Shown here: one piece after another, positions 8,064-11,422 of the stretch
How positions within the stretch are numbered: the first letter of the stretch is position 1
How the letters are laid out: every line of letters begins with the position of its first letter
Source: Amoeboradix gromovi X-113
Lineage: Eukaryota > Fungi > Sanchytriomycota
Length of the DNA: 11,422 bases
Assembly (NCBI GenBank): GCA_018985225.1
Contig: JADGIF010000298.1
Location: 1-11,422, forward strand
Reading direction: 5' to 3'
Made by a program: the position numbers and the translations under genes
The notes under the pieces: generated by a model
What the model was told of the DNA's origin: nothing
What the model saw: only the letters and a program-made list of their open reading frames with translations
The model's database searches: none

Positions 8064-9437
8064 ATGCAAGTTTTCAAATCTTTACAAGAATCTTTCAAGT
8101 CTGGCAAAACCATTGATTTGGCATTTCGAAAACAGCAACTTCAAAAACTAATAGAGATGCTAATCAATGAGCGTGATCCTATTCAAGATGCCGTATATAA
8201 GGATTTGAAAAAGAGACCATCTGATGTTCTACTCAATGAAATCCAGTTGTGTATCAACGAAGCTAAGCATGCTATTGTACATCTGGAGGCTTGGTCTTCT
8301 GTTGAGTATGTGGAAAAGAAATGGGCAAATGTTTTAGATTCTGCGTACATTAAAAAAGACCCAAAAGGTGTTGCTCTCATAATTGCGCCATGGAACTTCC
8401 CTGTTCAACTCAGTATATGCCCATTGGTATCTCTCATTGCTAGTGGCTGCGTCGGTATTGTCAAACCTAGTGAAATCGCCGTAAATACCAGCGCTTGCTT
8501 AGCAGCTATCTTGAATAAATATTTAGATCCTGCATGCTACGCTGTTATTGAAGGAGATGTTAAAATCACTACTGACTTGTTAAAGTTGCCATTTGATCAC
8601 ATATTTTATACAGGTAGCACTGCTGTTGGTAAAATCATCATGAAGGCAGCTGCTGAACATCTGTCCACAGTCACTTTGGAACTGGGTGGTGCAAATGCAT
8701 GTTTTGTTGACAACACCGTAGATTTAAAAATAGCCGCAAAGCGTATTGCCTGGTTAAAAACTAACAACTGTGGACAAATCTGTTTGAGCATTAATTATTT
8801 GTTCATTACACCTGATCTTGTAGACTCATTTGTCGCTCATTATAAGCAATCTCTAATAGAGATGTATGGTGCAGATGTTGCCAATAGTTCTGACTACACT
8901 CGCATTATTAATTCTAACCATTTCGACAGAATACTTAAAATTTTAGATAAAATTGATAAGAAAAATGTTTTATTGGGTGGCCAAAGCGACAAAAAATCAT
9001 TGTATATTGCCCCTACTGTTGTAAAAGCTACTTTGGATGACAAGTACATTCAAGACGAGTTGTTTGCTCCAATTCTTCCAATTATCCCCATAGATGATTT
9101 AAACAAGGGAATTGAGTTTGCAGCTAAATTACCGAAGCCATTAGCTAGTTATGTGTTCAGCCATGACTCGAAATTGCAAAAGTCGGTAGTTGATGGGATT
9201 ATCAGTGGAACAGCCATGGTGAATGATGTACTAATGCATGCAGCTTACACGTCATTACCATTCGGGGGATGCGGGGCTAGTGGGCAGGGCAGTTATCATG
9301 GTCAGTATGGGTTTAATCAGTTTACATACAACAGAGCTGTTTTACATCGACCAATGATAGATGAGCCTTTAATGACAATTAGGTACCCACCACTGACAGA
9401 TTCCAAAGTAGGTTGGTTAAACTTTCTAGCGGGTTAA
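8064..9437 (+). CDS. Class-3 (fatty/aromatic) aldehyde dehydrogenase, ALDH3/HFD1-like, ~457 aa
   Basis: FRKQQL, PKGVALIIAPWNFP, VKPSE, FDHIFYTGSTAVGKIIM, TLELGG, catalytic Cys in GQIC, ELFAPILP, LPFGGCGASGQGSYHG, RYPP. First ATG is 8064 (track start 8037 is TTG). Confidence 0.93.
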   Translation: MQVFKSLQESFKSGKTIDLAFRKQQLQKLIEMLINERDPIQDAVYKDLKKRPSDVLLNEIQLCINEAKHAIVHLEAWSSVEYVEKKWANVLDSAYIKKDPKGVALIIAPWNFPVQLSICPLVSLIASGCVGIVKPSEIAVNTSACLAAILNKYLDPACYAVIEGDVKITTDLLKLPFDHIFYTGSTAVGKIIMKAAAEHLSTVTLELGGANACFVDNTVDLKIAAKRIAWLKTNNCGQICLSINYLFITPDLVDSFVAHYKQSLIEMYGADVANSSDYTRIINSNHFDRILKILDKIDKKNVLLGGQSDKKSLYIAPTVVKATLDDKYIQDELFAPILPIIPIDDLNKGIEFAAKLPKPLASYVFSHDSKLQKSVVDGIISGTAMVNDVLMHAAYTSLPFGGCGASGQGSYHGQYGFNQFTYNRAVLHRPMIDEPLMTIRYPPLTDSKVGWLNFLAG

Positions 9438-9451
9438 ATAAACAAATGATA

Positions 9452-9591
9452 TTACTAGCCCTTTGGCCCTACGCTTTCTTTTAACATCTTCTGGTAAGCC
9501 TTGTTGAGGCGTTACCAGCTGGAAATCTGCTTTACGCATCGCTTTAGAGCTTCAGCACCTAACCCTGGTGATTAACAAGGATTGCTAGTAA
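9452..9591. ncRNA. Candidate structured RNA or miniature inverted-repeat element between convergent genes
   Basis: 63 of 140 bases G+C; ends pair (ttactagc-cctt / aagg-att-gctagtaa); internal hairpins ctggtaagcct/aggc(g)ttaccag (9491-9518) and cacc/ggtg (9556-9570). Confidence 0.4.
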
Positions 9592-9602
9592 AATAAATTT
9601 AT

Positions 9603-11164
9603 TCACACTTGGTGGTGACTTTTACTGGCAATGTTTTTCTTCAATCTACTTCCTTTCTTTAAAATGCTTGCCAAGTCTATTTGTTTCAAATTTAATCTGA
9701 CTTGATCAGGGAATAGAAATACAGATTCTTTGCCATCAATATAAGCACTACATTAAAAAGTATTTACTCTACCGAAGGAAACTGTTTGTGCTGAAAGTGT
9801 GGTGGTTCGAGTAACACTGGATTCACAATCATCAATCGCTCCTTTGCGCCATTCGGTTTCTCGCTTGAAAGGGTTGAAACTGAATTGTTGTGTCTTAAAC
9901 TACCCAGAACATCATCGCTCGTATCCAGCACAGCTTTTTTTAATGCTGCCAACAAAGTTAATTTGTCCAACTCATAATCTATCTCTGTATAGTAATTTTC
10001 GGGATTTATTCTGTTAATAGTATAGTAGTCGACATTCATCTCGCTATCTAACGAGACGTCTAAATTCAATAAAGCGGCACATGCTGCCAGTCCACTCTCA
10101 GCTTCCTCATTTAGCAAAACAGGTACTACGGGCTTGAATAAAGGTTTCCGTTGTGAAATCGCAAATTTTACAGGATTTGATTCCGAGAGTTTAGTGTTTT
10201 CATGTTTTTCCGGCACAGAATTACTATACTCCTCGCAAATATATTCGTACAATGATTTGATCTCTCTTTCTTTAAGCAAGTATGAACTCACAAATGAGTT
10301 TCTAAAATCTTTAAAGGTCTCTAAATATCCTACGAATTCTTCCAGTTCTTTTAAGACTTGAACGTTCTTTTCTTTTTTTAAATCTGATTTGCTTTGAGTT
10401 TCTATTTGAACAAATCCGCGAGTTTCCTGCTTGTTTTCTTTGAAAATGCGCTGCTCTTGCTTTTCTTTGATTAATCGATCGATCTCTAACATTTCTGTGT
10501 TAAATGCAGCATTTTCCTTGTCGTTCTTTTCCATTAATTGTACAGCTTTCATTTTTAATTCCTCACGTATCTCGTAATTTTGATTACAATTATCAATTGC
10601 TTGTGATATCCTTAATTTTAAAGATTTAAGCTCTGATTCGTACCTATGGTTTTGATCCTCGAACAAAGTCTTTTGTTTTACTAACCCACTAATCTTGTTT
10701 CTCAAAAACGCATTAACGCTGTGATAGTTGTTGTATCTAGTGGTGTACTTTTCAAATGAGATATCTGAATCTTTTTTTTCAGTCTCAAAGAGTCTGGGTT
10801 TAACATCAATTTTTGTATTATCTTTGACCAGTTCTTTTTGCATCATTATCAAACTTTCGTGTTCATTTTTTGAAGCTTTTAATTTCATTTGAATTTCATC
10901 CACAGCTTTTACATTCTCTTCTTTTATCAGTTTTTCTTTTGCTTTCTTCTTTTCCGTGTGCTCTATATCCTTCAGATGTGATACATAGTAAGTTGAATCA
11001 TTTTCCAAGTGTTGCAACACTTTCTTGGCAGTGTTTTGATATCCCACTGAACCTTTTGAGATCAGTTGCTTTTCTTTGTCCACTTTGGCTATTTGCCTTT
11101 TTAATTGATTTGCATCACTAATAGAATGTTCTTGCCCATCAATGCTTGGATCTGCTCTATCCAT
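9603..11164 (-). CDS. Coiled-coil protein of the outer dynein arm docking complex family (ODAD1/CCDC114/CCDC63-like), 2 exons (11164-9768, 9747-9603), 513 aa
   Basis: RYNNYHSVNAFLRNKISGLVKQKTLFEDQNHRYESEL...IDNCNQNYEIREE...EKNDKE...EMLEIDRLI fits the family pattern as I recall it (FNxxLxxNxxLRxxIxxLxxxxxxF...IxxSxxAYxxRxE...EKxxKE...ExxELxRxI). Removing 9748-9767 adds a 48-codon exon ending TGA at 9605-9603 overlapped by AATAAA. Confidence 0.72.
9748..9767 (-). other. 20-nt spliceosomal intron in the CCDC114-like gene
   Basis: Minus strand gtaaatactttttaatgtag; contains the TAA that ends the raw ORF; the downstream exon is open for 47 sense codons and ends in TGAATAAA. Confidence 0.75.
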
Positions 11165-11259
11165 TTTGGCCTAGTTAGTTAGACAAACAAAGCCAGAAAA
11201 CATTTCAAATAAAAACATCAAGTAGACTCATAAAGTGCAAATGTTCCATATTTTATCAA

Positions 11260-11418
11260 ATGGGACATCAAATATAAAAACTGAACTAACTTTCTGTAAC
11301 AACTTGGAACATTATTTCAGCTTTATTAACTTTATGGATTTAAGAGGCGAGTGGACATTCAGCTAGTTGCGGAGTTGACGAGTATAAAAGGAAAATAAAT
11401 AACTTTTTGTATCGAAAT
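11260..11418 (-). repeat. Right arm of long inverted repeat bracketing the window
   Basis: Reverse complement matches 1-157 (position 1 pairs with 11418); 4 further bases (ttca) run to the window end. Confidence 0.97.
11383..11390 (+). promoter_or_regulatory. Putative TATA box (TATAAAAG) in right repeat arm, pointing out of the window
   Basis: ttgacgagTATAAAAG: canonical TATAWAWR preceded by a TGACG half-site; window ends 32 nt downstream. Confidence 0.35.
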
Positions 11419-11422
11419 TTCA

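Noticed and set aside
8183-8791. Minus-strand ORFs 8183-8380 and 8606-8791
   Set aside because: Antisense to ALDH.
9799-11121. Plus-strand ORFs 9799-10017, 10134-10361, 10870-11121
   Set aside because: Antisense to the coiled-coil gene, with non-ATG starts.
1-11422. Prokaryotic or viral origin, CRISPR array, telomeric tracts, intact transposase
   Set aside because: Spliceosomal introns and eukaryote-specific genes are present; no repeat-spacer array, no tandem telomeric repeats at the ends and no transposase motif were seen.

Overview
AT-rich, gene-dense eukaryotic DNA read with the standard code, most likely from a compact, flagellated, fungus-like lineage (inferred from the fungal-type SAR1 C-terminus, an outer-dynein-arm docking-complex homolog and COQ5). 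It holds SAR1, COQ5, tRNA-Gly(GCC), ARL1, two orphan ORFs, a class-3 aldehyde dehydrogenase and a CCDC114/CCDC63-like gene. Four things the ORF track does not show: (1) the whole window is bracketed by a ~157-bp, ~96% identical inverted repeat (1-157 / 11260-11418) carrying an outward-facing TATAAAAG; (2) SAR1, ARL1 and the CCDC114-like gene are each completed by an ultra-small 19-20 nt GT-AG intron near the 3' end; (3) AATAAA overlaps or abuts the stop codon of all five conserved genes; (4) there are three self-complementary intergenic segments (3771-3875, 3969-4100, 9452-9591), two of them clearly GC-enriched, that look like unassigned structured RNAs.
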